Source: the human T2T-CHM13v2.0 reference genome, Homo sapiens
Assembly: GCF_009914755.1 (NCBI RefSeq)
Contig: NC_060937.1
Direction: 5' to 3' (one strand)
Length of the DNA stretch: 64,000 nt
In this document: in pieces, positions 44,080 through 58,468 of the stretch
How the letters are laid out: each line of letters starts with the position of its first letter
Numbering within the stretch: the stretch's first letter is position 1
Position numbers and translations under genes: made by a program
The notes under the pieces: model-generated
Told to the model about the DNA's origin: nothing
The model's input: the letters and a program-made list of their open reading frames with translations, nothing else
Databases searched by the model: none

Positions 44080-45533
44080 GCCAGGTGGCAGCATCCCACC
44101 TCTTTCGCCTGGCTGCAGCCCCACCAGGAGCCCGGCTCCAGCCGGGGCACTGCAGCAGGTACTAGACCTGGAAGGCGCAGGCGCGGGTTTCCTGCCCTCC
44201 GGGGTGTCTTCCCCCTCCCGGGACCCCAGGCAATTCAATTCATTCATCAAGCGCCGCTGCAACCATCCAAGTTGGGGCAGCAGGTCCCACAGTCGCCAGC
44301 CAAGATCTCCGCTCCAGAACCCGTGGGCTGCTTTCCCGGGGGAAGGACATTGTCTTCGGCAGCCACGAAGAAATCCGTCCCTGTGCACCCTGTTTCCCAT
44401 TGTCACCAACGTCGTGTAAACTCTAGTCCTGAGGACACGAGAGAGACCCAGACCTGGCTCCGTGGACAGGCTCGGTGCCACGGCTTCCACCAGATGGACG
44501 GGTGCACTCTACAAATCTCGGGGCCCACCGCACCAAGGAGACAGAAAGAAGCAAACAAAGGAAGGACCCTATGAAACGCACCCCCAAAGCAACCAACCAA
44601 TACAAGAAAAAAAAAAACACGTCTCAGGTCTCCGTTGATTTTCCCGCGTGGCTGGCCCTGACCCCCTGTTCTAGCCTGGCCCAAGCACCCTCCACCTCAC
44701 CCCGACCTGCTCAAAGTGCCCTGTCTACCTGAGCAGAGGCTCCCTCTCCAAGGCTCTGTCTCTCTCGCTCTACAACTCCCTCACCCTCTCCCTTTCTCTA
44801 CTTCCTCCTCCAACTCTCGCTCTTCTGTCACCTTCTGTCTCTCTCCCCCTCCACTTTTCTCTCTCTCCCCCCATTTGTATCTCTCCATCCCGGTCTCCCT
44901 AGCTCTCTTTCAAGCTGTGTCTGTGTCTTTGTCTATATGTCCTTGTGTGTGTCCGTGTGTGTCCGTGTGCTTGTATCCTTGTGTCCTTGTGTGTGTCTTT
45001 GTGTGTCCGTGTGTGTGTGTCCGTGTGTGTGTGTCTGTGTGTGTGTCCATGTGTTCCTGTGTGCATGCACCCGTGTGTACCTGTGTGTGTGTCGGGGTGG
45101 GTTTGCTCGTGGTAGTGGTGGGGTGTGTCTGTGTGTCCCTCAGCCCCTCTTTCCCGGGGATCGGGCTGCCAGGGCTCTAGTGCCAGCGCGTGGCAAAGAA
45201 GGGCCTTCCTGTCCCGTTGGCCACGGGCAGGTCCTCGTCGGGACAAGCGACGATGGTGTGGACCTTGTGAGAAAAAGGGCCCGCAGGCCTGGGCTGGCTG
45301 TTCGCCCCTGGGCAGCCCTGACAGCTCTGGGTGTGTGGGCCAAGAGGGGGCCTTGCAGGAGGGGTGCGAGGGATTCAAAACAATTTTTTCCGCTGCAAGG
45401 CGGAAGACCAGAGGGGATCCCAGGACTGTGGGCCCCAGGCCCTGACGCCTCCGAGCACACCCTGTCCTGAGCAGGCCAGATGTGTTGGAAACTCAGGAGC
45501 TCGCAAGCCGGGGGAAGGCCTGGAGTGTCAGCG
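44080..45533 (+). repeat. Diverged 5S rDNA repeat spacer; no 5S coding sequence
   Basis: 45371-45533 aligns by eye with the recalled human 5S upstream flank (ggatccaaaacgctgcctccgcgacagggcggaggacc...gccgggggaaggcc); upstream CT-rich and GT-rich tracts fit the spacer; 5' boundary approximate. Confidence 0.75.
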
Positions 45534-46985
45534 AAAGGGAGGCCGCCTGGTGGGCCTTGAGCCTGGGCAGGGGACTGAGGCATCACGGCCTGACGAAGGA
45601 TTCCTGTTTCCTGCAACATGGGGAGTCTCCAAAATGGCCTGTTTGGAAACGAAAGGAGAGCGAAGACACGATGCTGCTTTTCCACGCTTCGCTGGAGGTT
45701 TCTGTGCCCCACAGAGCTCGGGAAACAAACAGTCAACATGGTCACGCTTTCGGGGGCCAGAGACACGTGAGCAGCAGGCCCACTTGCAGAGGGCAAAGGA
45801 ACGTGGAATCCGGAATCATGGTTCACTCGGCTTGAGTGTGACTCCTGTGTGGATGGGAGTATCTGCCTCGCACTCTGTTGCAGGCTCAGCGTGGGGATAT
45901 GTCATCTGTGAACCATGTGGATGAAAAACGGACAACCATTCGAGTCTCGGCTCTGTTCTTTGGGGAATTCCTCTGAATCTCTCCCGGATGAAGTAACCCA
46001 GGCTGGCGATCCAGAGGGCCGGTGAGCACACCGCTGGCCGAGGCGGCTGTGGGCTGAGCACTCAGCCTGCACTGGGCACCCAACATTTTCCCGGAGTTCG
46101 AGGTCCTGCTGGGCCTGGAGGCAGAAGACCGCTTTTCTCTTTGCCTTCCCTTCTCTGTTTCTTGCTCCTTTTCTCCCTCTGTCCATCCTTCCCTCTCTTC
46201 TTCCTTCTCTCCCTCCCTGTCTCCCTCCCTCCCTCTGTTCTTCTCTCCTTCCCTCTCTCCCACCATCCATACCTCCCTTTCTCCCTCCTTCCCTCCCTCC
46301 CTTCCTCTCTTTTTCTTTCCCTCCCTCCCTCCCTGCATCCCTTCCAAGGTCCGTCCCTTCATCCGTCTTTTCCTCCCTCTGTCCCTCTCTCTCACTTTGT
46401 CTCCGTTCCTTTCCCCATCTCTGCCTGGCTTCCCTCCCACCTAGAAAGGGAAGAACCACGGTTTGCGTGAGATCTCGGGGTCTACATTTAGTTCCCGGGC
46501 GCTTCACGTGATGCCGAGGAGGATGGCGGGGCACGGGTGGGCGAGGGTGGGTGGAGCGGGGAGGTAGTGGAGTTGAGCTGCGGAAAGGAGAGCAGGCCTG
46601 GCCGCTGCCCGGGTCGGTATTTCCCGGGGTGGAGGTCTCCGCCTACACCACTGAAGAACGCCGGGGTGGGGGTGTACTGTCTGGGGGGGCGGGGGAAGGG
46701 ATGAGAGCCCTGCCTGGGCTGGCCCCAAACCCTAGCCGGCTGCCCGCGGACCCACGCATGCGCAGTAGACGGCCCATCTCTGAGTACCTGGGCTGGCTCT
46801 GAAATCCTTGGGATGCTCAGGAAAGAATGACAGCCCTCCTTTCTGTGGAGTCTCTCACTGGACTTGGACTCAGGGATCCTAGACAGGTCAGCTGGAAGGG
46901 AAGACACAGGTCTCCATACCGAGCCAGAGGTTCACCGCGAAAGAGGAGCCACCGACCTGCCCCCACCCGGTCCCAACCCCGCTTC

Positions 46986-48024
<1,039 letters not shown>

Positions 48025-48059
48025 TCAGTTGGCCTCTGTGCTGCAGGCAGGTCCAGGCA

Positions 48060-48140
48060 GGAGTCCGACCCTGCCAGTGGCCCTTATAAAGACCCACCAG
48101 CTTCACGCCTTCATGAATATGCATGAACACCCAAGGGCCC
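48060..48140 (-). promoter_or_regulatory. DUX-type proximal promoter with a TATAA box (48088-48084) and a diverged DBE/GC box
   Basis: Minus strand gggtctttataagggcc, where DUX4 has gggcctttacaagggc; attcatgaaggcgtgaag vs DBE ccattcatgaaggggtggag. Confidence 0.7.
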
Positions 48141-48462
48141 TGGGTAACCTGCCCTCCGAAGGGCCCAGAAACCACAGACACAGGGTCTTGTGTGGTAGGT
48201 GAAGGTGGGGCCAGATCAGCTGGGAAAGGGGGGCTTCTGGGACTGGCTGTCTGAGTTCTCCAGAATTCTACAGAAACTGGAAGTTTCTCTCTGGGTTCAC
48301 ACACGATTTCAGGGAGAAACCACCCTGGAAGGGTGGAGTGTGGAACTGAACCTCCATGATAGTCTTGATTTTCCAGGCCCTCTCCGTGAAGCCGGCAATG
48401 CCTGTGGGTGTCGCCGTTGCCGTGATAGTCACACACGCAGGTGTGTGGATCTCATTCATTTT

Positions 48463-51029
48463 TTTATTTTCATTTTTTATTTCTACCTCTTAAAGTCAAT
48501 GATAAAGTCATGAGTGTAAAATGAATGCATTTAAAAACATAAAAGATACATTTCAATGACAAGAAATATGCAATGATCATGAAAATCTACTGTACACTTT
48601 GCCAAGGTCAAAGAATGAAAGACAATATGGAAAAGCCAATCCTCAAATATATCCTTAACAAAAACTCTCTCCTACATAGTAAAAGCATCATCTAAACAGC
48701 AGCTCCAACCGAGAAAAAAAATACAACAAAAAACAAAACAAAACAAAAAAACAGCAGGGTAGATGGGACAGATAACTTTCCCCAGGTTTTCCAGATAAAA
48801 ACATGTGGTCACCAGGAATTCAAGGTAACTTCAAAAGCCACATTTAATTCAAAATAAAATGAACACTTCTGACAGATGACAGCAGTATGATACTGACTTT
48901 TTTCTTTCCTAGATACAAATGATATGGGGCATTTCTTAACAGTTTAGTAATCGTCTAAGAATAACTGTAGAAATAACCCCAATTCCACCGTCCCAGCCAC
49001 TGGTATAAAACAAATAACCTTCCATTGATACTGTCTTTCACATAACTACAATATCCTCACTTACTTGGAACAATTTCATGCTTACACATGATCACAAACA
49101 CTTGTTTTTAGATGTTGTTGAATTATTGGAGCTGAGATTTTTTAAACAATATCTGAATCTTAGCAGAGAGCAAATAATCATTTCACTATACATTGATTGG
49201 GCTTCCTTAACCAAATCTGAGAAACTACTATAATAATAATGCTGGTGGTAATCCATGATACTCTCAAATTTTTCCCTTTAAGAAATATATAATCCATGTA
49301 ACTCTAGCAAATATGTTACATTGCACACTTTCTTAACAAGGAATGGCTGTTTTCAGGCCTTATTAGGAAAACAAAGAAACAAACAATGGCAGTTACTATC
49401 TGTTTTTTATCACTGATAAGCTACAATAAAGCTCAAATATGACAGTTTAATTGTGTGATATTAAGTAAAAAATGAAAACTATTATAGTTTTACCAAAAGA
49501 AACACAAAAAATGTGGGAAGAAGTCAAATGAGCATGGCATAAGTCCCAAAGATTACACTATGATTCTGAACAGGATTTTCCAAACAAAGGGTATCTACAT
49601 ACAATTTCTGTGGATATTTCTTGTAATAGAAAGATCCAAAGCAAATGTAGGCTCAGCCCTACCTTGTCAAAGATAAATATTCAGATAAACTAGAAGTTCG
49701 ATCTGCTAAAGTGCATCCGCTGACCAGATCTACCATGGCGCTGCTACTTAGAGCCATCTAAGAAAGTGGCCTCACTCATGCTCATTCACCTGTTCTGTGG
49801 CCTATCAAGAGTCACACATAACAATGGTTTTGCTTTTTTTAAAAAAAAAACAAATACTTTATACAGTGAACTACAGAAAAAACAATTCTAAATATACTTT
49901 TAAAATTCTAGAGAGTTAAGGTAACCTCATTTTTTAAAATACTGAAAATGTAAAGGGTCCATATAAAGAGTTGTATTAAGTACATACTTCCTATTTTAAT
50001 AATTCACTTGCTGTGCTCTTAAAATCTCTATGAGAGAAGCAGATATTTTACTCGTGTCTTTTGGCAAGAGATTCAAAAGCAAAAGTAGCAGGGCTGTAAA
50101 ATTTCATAAAATTTGTGGGATTTTTAAAAGCCAAATTATTCAATATTTTGTATTGTTATTGCACTCATATATTGCCCGGAATATATATACAGCAACCCAG
50201 CAACAGTGATTGCAACAAAAGTAAGGTAAATAGGTCTACAAAGCATTTGATTTCCTTATTAGATAAGTGAAGTTTTCATAGAGGAAGTGCAAATTCAGAT
50301 CAGGTTACATAAGCTTAACAATTATTCAAACCTTATATAAAATTAAATCTAACCCTCACCACTACAAATCTGTAAGGAATCACTGTCAGGAATCTACAGG
50401 ACTTGGCTCATATTTACATTCGACGCACACTTAGAAATTTCATAAATGATGAGATGCAGGCCAAGGGGATTCCTCAAAGGGCTCCACCCAAAAGGAAAAG
50501 AAAGAGAGTTAAACAGAGAATTACCACTTACGTATTTGTGGGTAATCAGCTTATTCCTCAGCCTCTAGACAGGGAGGAGGATGAAAAAATGGAAGAAAAT
50601 AATAAAGAAGAGGAAGAAAAAGGTCACAGTGAAGCGATGAAGCCAGAGAAGCCACCTCAAAATTTACTGAGAGAAAAAATCATGAAGCTGCCCCTCCCTG
50701 AATCTTTAAAAGCTTACTTGACATATTTTAGAGACAAATAACTTAGATCAAGAAGAAAGAATGCCTACTGATAATTCCTTTGGTCTTGAAAATGTAGCAT
50801 TTGTTAGGAATTAAAAGAATTATTTCATCAGAGCAAATTATAGTGGAAAAAATATCACTTGTTACTGTCAGTAACATAAATGATGTATGAGTGAATAAAA
50901 GAATCCCTTTTATAAAATCTATTTTTCTTTAAATCTTGGAAAATTGTTGTTTCACCTCAGAGTGATTTCAAAGTGGAATGTAACAGTAGTCAAGACTTGT
51001 GTGCTATAAATCCTTTTCTGATTCCTTAC
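48463..51029. pseudogene. PCMTD1P: PCMTD1 processed pseudogene, 5'-truncated and 5'-inverted
   Basis: 50383-50741 (+) encodes VRNLQDLAHIYIRRTL...KLPLPESLKAYLTYFRDK* (PCMTD1 C-terminus); 48463-50382 reads as 3'UTR plus A-tail on the minus strand (inferred from structure); TSD ggatctcattcatttt (48447-48462) / ggatctcgttcatttt (51030-51045). Confidence 0.92.
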
Positions 51030-53203
51030 GGATCTCGTTCATTTTCATGTAGAAAACGAGAGCGAAACTACAGAGAAAAGAAAGGCCCAGTGCATCAGGG
51101 CCTGAAGAGGGATTCCTGTTTCCTGCAACATGGGGAGTCTCCACTATGGCCTGTTTCCAAACAGGGAACTGGAAAGGAGAGCGAAGACACGATGCTGTTT
51201 TTCCACGGTTCTCTGGAGGTTTCTGTGTCCCCAGAGAGCTCGGGAAACAAACAGTCAACATGGTCACGCTTTCGGGGGCCAGAGATGCATGAGCAACAGG
51301 TCCCCTTGCAGAAGGCAAAGGAACGTGGAACCCGAAACCACGCTTCAGTCGGCCTGAGTGTGACTCCTGTGTGGACGAGACTATCCACCTAGCGCTCCGT
51401 TGCAGGCTCAACGTGGGGCTATCTCATCTGTGAACCATGTGGATGAAAAATGGACAATCACCCGAGTCTCGGCTCATTGCTCTCTGGGCAATTCCCTCAT
51501 TCCTTGGGAGACGAAATTCGGCTGAATCGCTCTTGGATGAAGTAACCCAGGCTGGCGATCCAGAGGGCCGGTGAGAGCCCCGCAGGCCGACGCGGCTGTG
51601 GGCCGAGCACTTAGCCTGCACTGTGCACCCAACATTTTCCCGGAGTGCAAGATCCTGGTGGTCCTGGAGGCAGAAGACTGCTTTTCTCTCTGCCTTCCTC
51701 TCTCTGTTTCTTTCTCCCTCCCTCCCTCTTTCCCCCCGTCCCTCCCGCAGTTCCTCCCCCCCTTCCCTTCCTCCCTCCCTCCTTCCCTCTCTCCTTCCTT
51801 CTATCCCTCCATCCTTTCCAAGGTCCCTCGGTCCATCCGTTCTTTCCTCCCTCCATCGCTCCCTCCCTCTCTGTCTCCGTTCCTCTCCCCATCTCTGCCT
51901 GAGTTCCCTCCCGCGTAGAAAGGGCAGCACCCCGGTTTGCGCGGGGTCTCGGGTCTGCATTTAGCTGTCAGGCGCTCCACGGTGATGCCGAGGAAGCTGG
52001 TGGGGCAAGGGTAGGCGAGTGACGGTGTGGCGGGGATGCAGAGTTGGCGAGACGCGGAAAGAAGAACAGACCTGGCACCTGCCCGGGCCAGTGTTTCCCG
52101 GGATGGAGGTCTCCGCCCGCCCCACTGAAGAACGCGGTGGGGGGCAAGAGGGAAGTGATGAGAACTCCACCTAGGCTAGTTAGAAAACCTAGGCTACTGC
52201 CTGCTAACTCGCGCATGAGCAGTAGACAGTCCGCCTCCCGGTACCTGGAGGGGCCCTGGGATCCCCGGGATGCTCAGAAAAGAATGACAGCCCTCCTCTG
52301 AGTGGAGTCTCTCACGGGACCTGGAACTCAGGGATCCTAGGCAGGTCAGCTGGAAGGGAAGACACGCCTCTCCATACCGAGTCAGAGGTTCACCGTGAAA
52401 GAGAGGCCGCCGCCCTGCCCCTACCCAGCCCCAGCCCCGCGTCCTAAAGCTCCTCCAGCACAGCCCGCTATTCTTCCTGGCTGAGGAGTGGTTCCAGCGG
52501 AGCGGGCTCTTCCACGTCCTTCAGCTCCCCCAGTGGCGCCGGATCTAGGAAAAGTTGTGCCTTTTGCTGGAACTCTGGGGTTTACTGGCAGGGGGTTTAC
52601 TGGCTGGGGGTGAGTGTAGATGAGCGCCCCGGCTCCTGGAGCGGTTGGGAGGCGCCTGGATGGCTTGCATATGTGCTTGACCCGGAGGCCTCTGTGGTCG
52701 CGAGCTTCGGAAGTGGAGGTGCCCCGTCTTCAGTTTCCCACGCCGCCCTGGCAACCTGGGGCTCCAGCCCCACCGCGGACTCTGGTGGGATGTGGGTGGC
52801 GCAAACATACTTTGCCCCTGTGACTCAGCTTGAGGGTACCCAAGCTGTCCCACTGAGCATGCACCCAGCAGGCCGCTGTGCTGCGGGTCCTGGTCCTCCT
52901 GGCATTTTTTGGGGTGCGGAGGCCACCGAGGAGTCTGAGGGTGGGACAGTCCTACTTCTAGAGGGGCCAGGGCAGCAAACACAAAATCCCCGCGTGCCGG
53001 GGCACGTTGAGAGATTCCTTCTGCCTGCGCAGCCTGGCTAGGCTGGAGCGGTGGGACCGCCCTTGCTCCCTGGCTCACGAAAGCCCCCTGTGGGAGAGCC
53101 CCAGGCATGCAGGGTGTGTGGGGTGCGGCAAGCCCTGTTCCCCATGCCCCGGTGTGGGTGAACTCGATTGAGGAGGGAGGAGGATGACATCCGCCGGGGG
53201 TGT
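51030..53203 (-). repeat. D4Z4/3.3-kb-family sequence, unit 2 (truncated)
   Basis: Direct repeat of 45580-47700; intact KpnI ggtacc at 52240. Confidence 0.93.
52444..53203 (-). pseudogene. DUX4L: 5'-truncated DUX4-like fragment (C-terminal half, no homeodomains)
   Basis: [44 protein letters not shown]...; ends LSQEE*RAVLEEL*. Confidence 0.93.
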
Positions 53204-53484
53204 TAATTAGTAAGCACAGTGGCCTCAAAGAGCTCAAATGAAAGGAAGAATTGCACGTCTCTCACTTGAAGTCCAGAGCTAGAAATGATTAAGCATAGTG
53301 AAGATGTAAAATTTTCATCGCTAGAGAGATGTCCACACTTGGCTTCAAAACTTCAAAGGATGGGCTGACTCTCTTTAAGGACCACTGCAGTTGGTGACTT
53401 TAAGTTACAGCCAGTGCTCATTGACCACTCTGAAAATCTCACGGCCGTTAGGAATTATGCAAAATCTATTCTTTCTGTGCTCTA

Positions 53485-53968
<484 letters not shown>

Positions 53969-54848
53969 ATATTGCTGCTTATTGACAATTCACCTAGCTA
54001 CCCAAAAGCTTAGATGGAGATGTACTTGGAAATTAATATTATTTTCATGGCTGCTAATACAATATCTATCTTTCAGCCTGTGGATCAAGGAGTGGTTTTG
54101 ACTTTCAAGTGTTTTTATTAAATAATAAATGCATTTTGTAAAGGTATAGCTGTCATAGATACTAATTTCTTTGATGAATCTGGATAAACTGAATTGAAAA
54201 CCTTTTGGAAAGGTTTCACCATTAATCCTTTCATGATATTTCAACCTCTTCACGTGAATCATAAATGTCCTTAATAGCAAATGCCATTAAGGACATTTGT
54301 GATTGATGGGAGGAGGTTGAAATATCAACATTAACAGGAGTTTGGAAGAAGTTGATTCCAGCCCTCATGGAAGACTTTGAAGGCTCAGGATGTCAGTGGA
54401 GGAAGTCCCTACAGATGTGGTAGAAATCGCAAGACAACCAGAATTAGAATTAGGGCCTTTAGATGAGATTAAATTGCTGTAAACTCATGATGAAACTTGA
54501 GCATCTGGGGAGTTGCTTCTTATGGATGAGCAAATAAAATATTTTCTTGAGATGGAATCTACTCCAGGTGGAGATGCTACAAACATTGTTGAAATAACAA
54601 CAAAGCATTTAGAATATTCCATAAACCTAGTTGATAAAGCAGCAGCAGGGTTTGAGAGGGTTTACTCCAATTTTGAAAGAAGTTCTACTGTGGATAAAAT
54701 GCTATCAAACAGCATCAACATGCTACAGGGAAATCTTTTGTGAAAGGAACAAACTTCATTGTTTTAAGAAATTGACACAAGCACCCAACCTTCAGCAGCC
54801 CCCACACTGATCAGTCAGCAGCCATCAACATAGAGGCAAGACCCTCAC

Positions 54849-55879
54849 TGTAAGAGAAAAGAAAGAGAGATCAGACTGTTACTGTGTCTACATAGAAAGG
54901 AAAGACGTAAGAGACTCCATTTTGAAAAAGACTTGTACTTTAAACAATTGCTTTGCTGAGATGTTGTTAATTTGTAGCTTTGCCCCAGCCACTTTGCCCC
55001 AGCCACTTTGACTCAACCTGGAGCTCACAAAAACATGTGTTGTATGAAATCAAGGTTTAAGGGATCTAGGGCTGTGCAGGATGTGCCTTGTTAACAAAAT
55101 ATTTACAAGCAGTATACTTGGTAAAAGTCATCGCCATTCTCTAGTCTCAATAAACGAGGGGCACAATGCACTGCAGAAAGCCGCAGGGACCTCTGCTCTT
55201 GAAAGCGGGATATTGTCCAAGGTTTCTCCCCATGTGATAGCCTGAAATATGGCCTCATGGGATGAGAAAGACCTGACTGTCCCCCAGCCCGACACCCGGT
55301 AAGGGTCTGTGCTGAGGTGGATTAGTAAAAGAGGAAAGCCTCTTGCAGTTGAGATAGAGGAAGGCCACTGTCTCCTGGCTGCCCCTGGGAACTGAATGTC
55401 TCAGTATAAAACCTGATTGTACATTTGTTCAATTCTGAGATAAGAGAAAAACCGCCCTATGGTGGGAGGCGAGACATGTTTGCAGTAATGCTGCTTTGTT
55501 ATTCTTTACTCCACTGAGATGTTTGGGTGGAGAGAAACATAAATCTGGCTTACATGCACGTCCACTCATAGTACCTTCCCTTGAACTTAATTATGACATA
55601 GATTTTTTTGCTCACATGTTTTTTGCTGACCTTCTCCTTATTATCACCCTACTCTCTTACTACATTCCTTTTTGCTGAAATAATGAAAATAATAAGCAAT
55701 AAAAACTGAGGGAACTCAGAGGCCGGTGCCTGTGCAGGTCCTTGGTATGCTGAGCGCCGGTCCCCTGGGCCTACTGTTGTTTCTCTATACTTTGTCTCTG
55801 TGTCTTACTTCTTTTCTCAGTCTCTTGTCCCACCTGACTAGAAATACCCACAAGTCTGGAGGGGTGGGCCACCCCTTCA
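54849..55879 (+). mobile_element. HERV-K (HML-2) solo LTR5 (LTR5A/B type)
   Basis: tgtaagagaaaagaaagagagatcagactgttactgtgtc ... ggccaccccttca; TSD ctcac on both sides; AATAAA at ~55699. Confidence 0.95.
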
Positions 55880-56169
55880 CTCACCAGCAAAAAGATTATG
55901 ACTTGGTAAGGCTCAGATATTCATTAGTATTTTTCAGCAATGAGGTATTTTAAGTTAAGGTATGTACATAGTTTTGTAGACATAATGCGATTACTAATTA
56001 ATTAATTAATTAATAATTATTAAATACTCATTAGACTACAACATAGTTTAAGCATAACTTTTATAAGCACTGGGAAACAAAGTGTTTATGCGACTAACTT
56101 GTTTGTAACATTTACCTTCTTGTGGTTGTCTGGAACCAAACCCACACTATCTCTGAGTATGCTTGTAGG

Positions 56170-56642
<473 letters not shown>

Positions 56643-58407
56643 TGCCTTTTCTTTCTAGTGGCACAAGCCCCATGGAGTGTGGTGCGTCTGATCTCCGATG
56701 CTTTTGAACAGTGTAGAAAGTATTGCTGTCTGAATTTAATTTTTTACTACATGTATGGTCTCGATCGACCACAAGAAGATCAATAAGCCCTTCTCCTTAT
56801 TCTACTTCCCTTTCTAGCAATGGAGACCTTTGATTGGATTTTTCCTGCCTACAGACAGGAATGAGTCTGCTGTTTTCTTTTTTAAACCCCAGGGGACTGA
56901 GCCTGAGGACCTCGAGCGCGGCCACCCTCCCCCAACCCCCAACTGGTGATTGTGGTGGTGGTGGTTTTGTGTTCCAGCTTCTGTTCTGTTGTTGTTGTTG
57001 CTGCTGGTGGTGCTGTCGTCATTGTTTTGGTATTTTACAGACTCAGGGGGTGTACGTGCTTGTTTGTTAGAAAGGCCTACTGCTGCCTCCAGTTGTAGAA
57101 GTGGACCTCCAGTGTATCCGATACCCACGTGGCGAACATTGTCTCCGACGGGGCGATTTATTCATCCCTCGTCCCCCTCTTACCCTCCTCCTCCCTTTTG
57201 GAGTGTCTGCTATTTCCATCTTGATGACCGTGTGCATACCCACTGTTTACCTCCCACTTGTAAGCAGAAGACAGTTCACTGGGTACATACTTGCTTCCAG
57301 CTCTATCCATATTGTGGGAAAAGAGGTGAAATTGCTCTTTTTTGTGCCTGCACCATTGGAGAATTTTAACTTTCTTGGTGGTTGTTTTCCTTTTTCCTTT
57401 TCTTTTCTTTTCTTTTTTTTTTTAATTTCTTTTCTTTTCTTTCTTCCTCCTCCTCCTCCTTCTTTTTTTCATTGTTTTCAGCTGGGCTCTCCTACTTGTG
57501 TTGCTCAGTTGCTCGGGCTTGTCTCAAACTCCTGGCCTTGACACTTCTCCCGTCACATCCACCATCTAGTTGTTGAAATGAGCATCTCTTTTAAAATTGA
57601 AAAGATGAAAAAAATAAAGAGAAAGACAAAAAGCACGGGGTGAACGTTTCTCTTGCTGCCTCCCAGCGTGTACCTTCGACCCCATAGGAGGGAGGGAGCT
57701 TGGCTTGGTGGGTTTTCGGTGCTAAATCCTCCCGAGGGCCTCCTTCCCTCTTCCTCTTGTCCCCGCTTCTCTCCCAGCCAAGGCTCCCACCGCCGCGATG
57801 GGATTTTCCATGGGAGAGGTATGGGAGAGGACTGACGTGGCTTCCAGATCTATATCCTGCCAGACATCTCTGGCTCAGCATCCCCCACCAGCTGCCTGCC
57901 ACCTTCCAGGGAGCTCTGAGGCCGATGCCCCTCCCCCCTTCACATCCCGCCACCCTCCTCCAGCTGGCCTTTGCCCGGCGACCCCAAGGGAAGGACGCTG
58001 ATGCTGCTTTGGAATCCTGCAGCGAAGACTTCCACCAGATGCCCCGGGTGGGCCAGATGGGATGGACTGGATCACCCCGGACCGTGCTGTTCTTGGGGAT
58101 GGGTTGACGTACAGGGTGGACTGGCAGCCCCAGCATTGTAAAGGGTGCACAGGTATGGAAATGTCACATAGGATGCCCTCCTTTCCCTCAGCCTGCCTTC
58201 AGCTTCCTCAGGCATGAAGACAACTTCCCATCAGAACCTCTTTTCTTCCCTTTCTCCACCACACAGACGAGACCCATGAGAGGGAGAAACAGCTCAATAG
58301 ATACTGCTGACCTTCATTTGTGGAATCCTCAGTCATCTACAGACAAAGAGGTGACTAGACAGGAACCCAAATCAAACACCATTTCCGGGTCCTCATGGTG
58401 GGATTGG

Positions 58408-58468
<61 letters not shown>

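Noticed and set aside
44011-46534. Many overlapping 150-230 aa ORFs
   Set aside because: Expected in GC-rich 5S-spacer and D4Z4 DNA; no recognisable domain
56684-56696. cgtctgatctc (and gtctacgg at ~43873) resembling 5S rRNA
   Set aside because: Only 8-11 nt match and the flanks do not follow the 5S sequence; no 5S gene called
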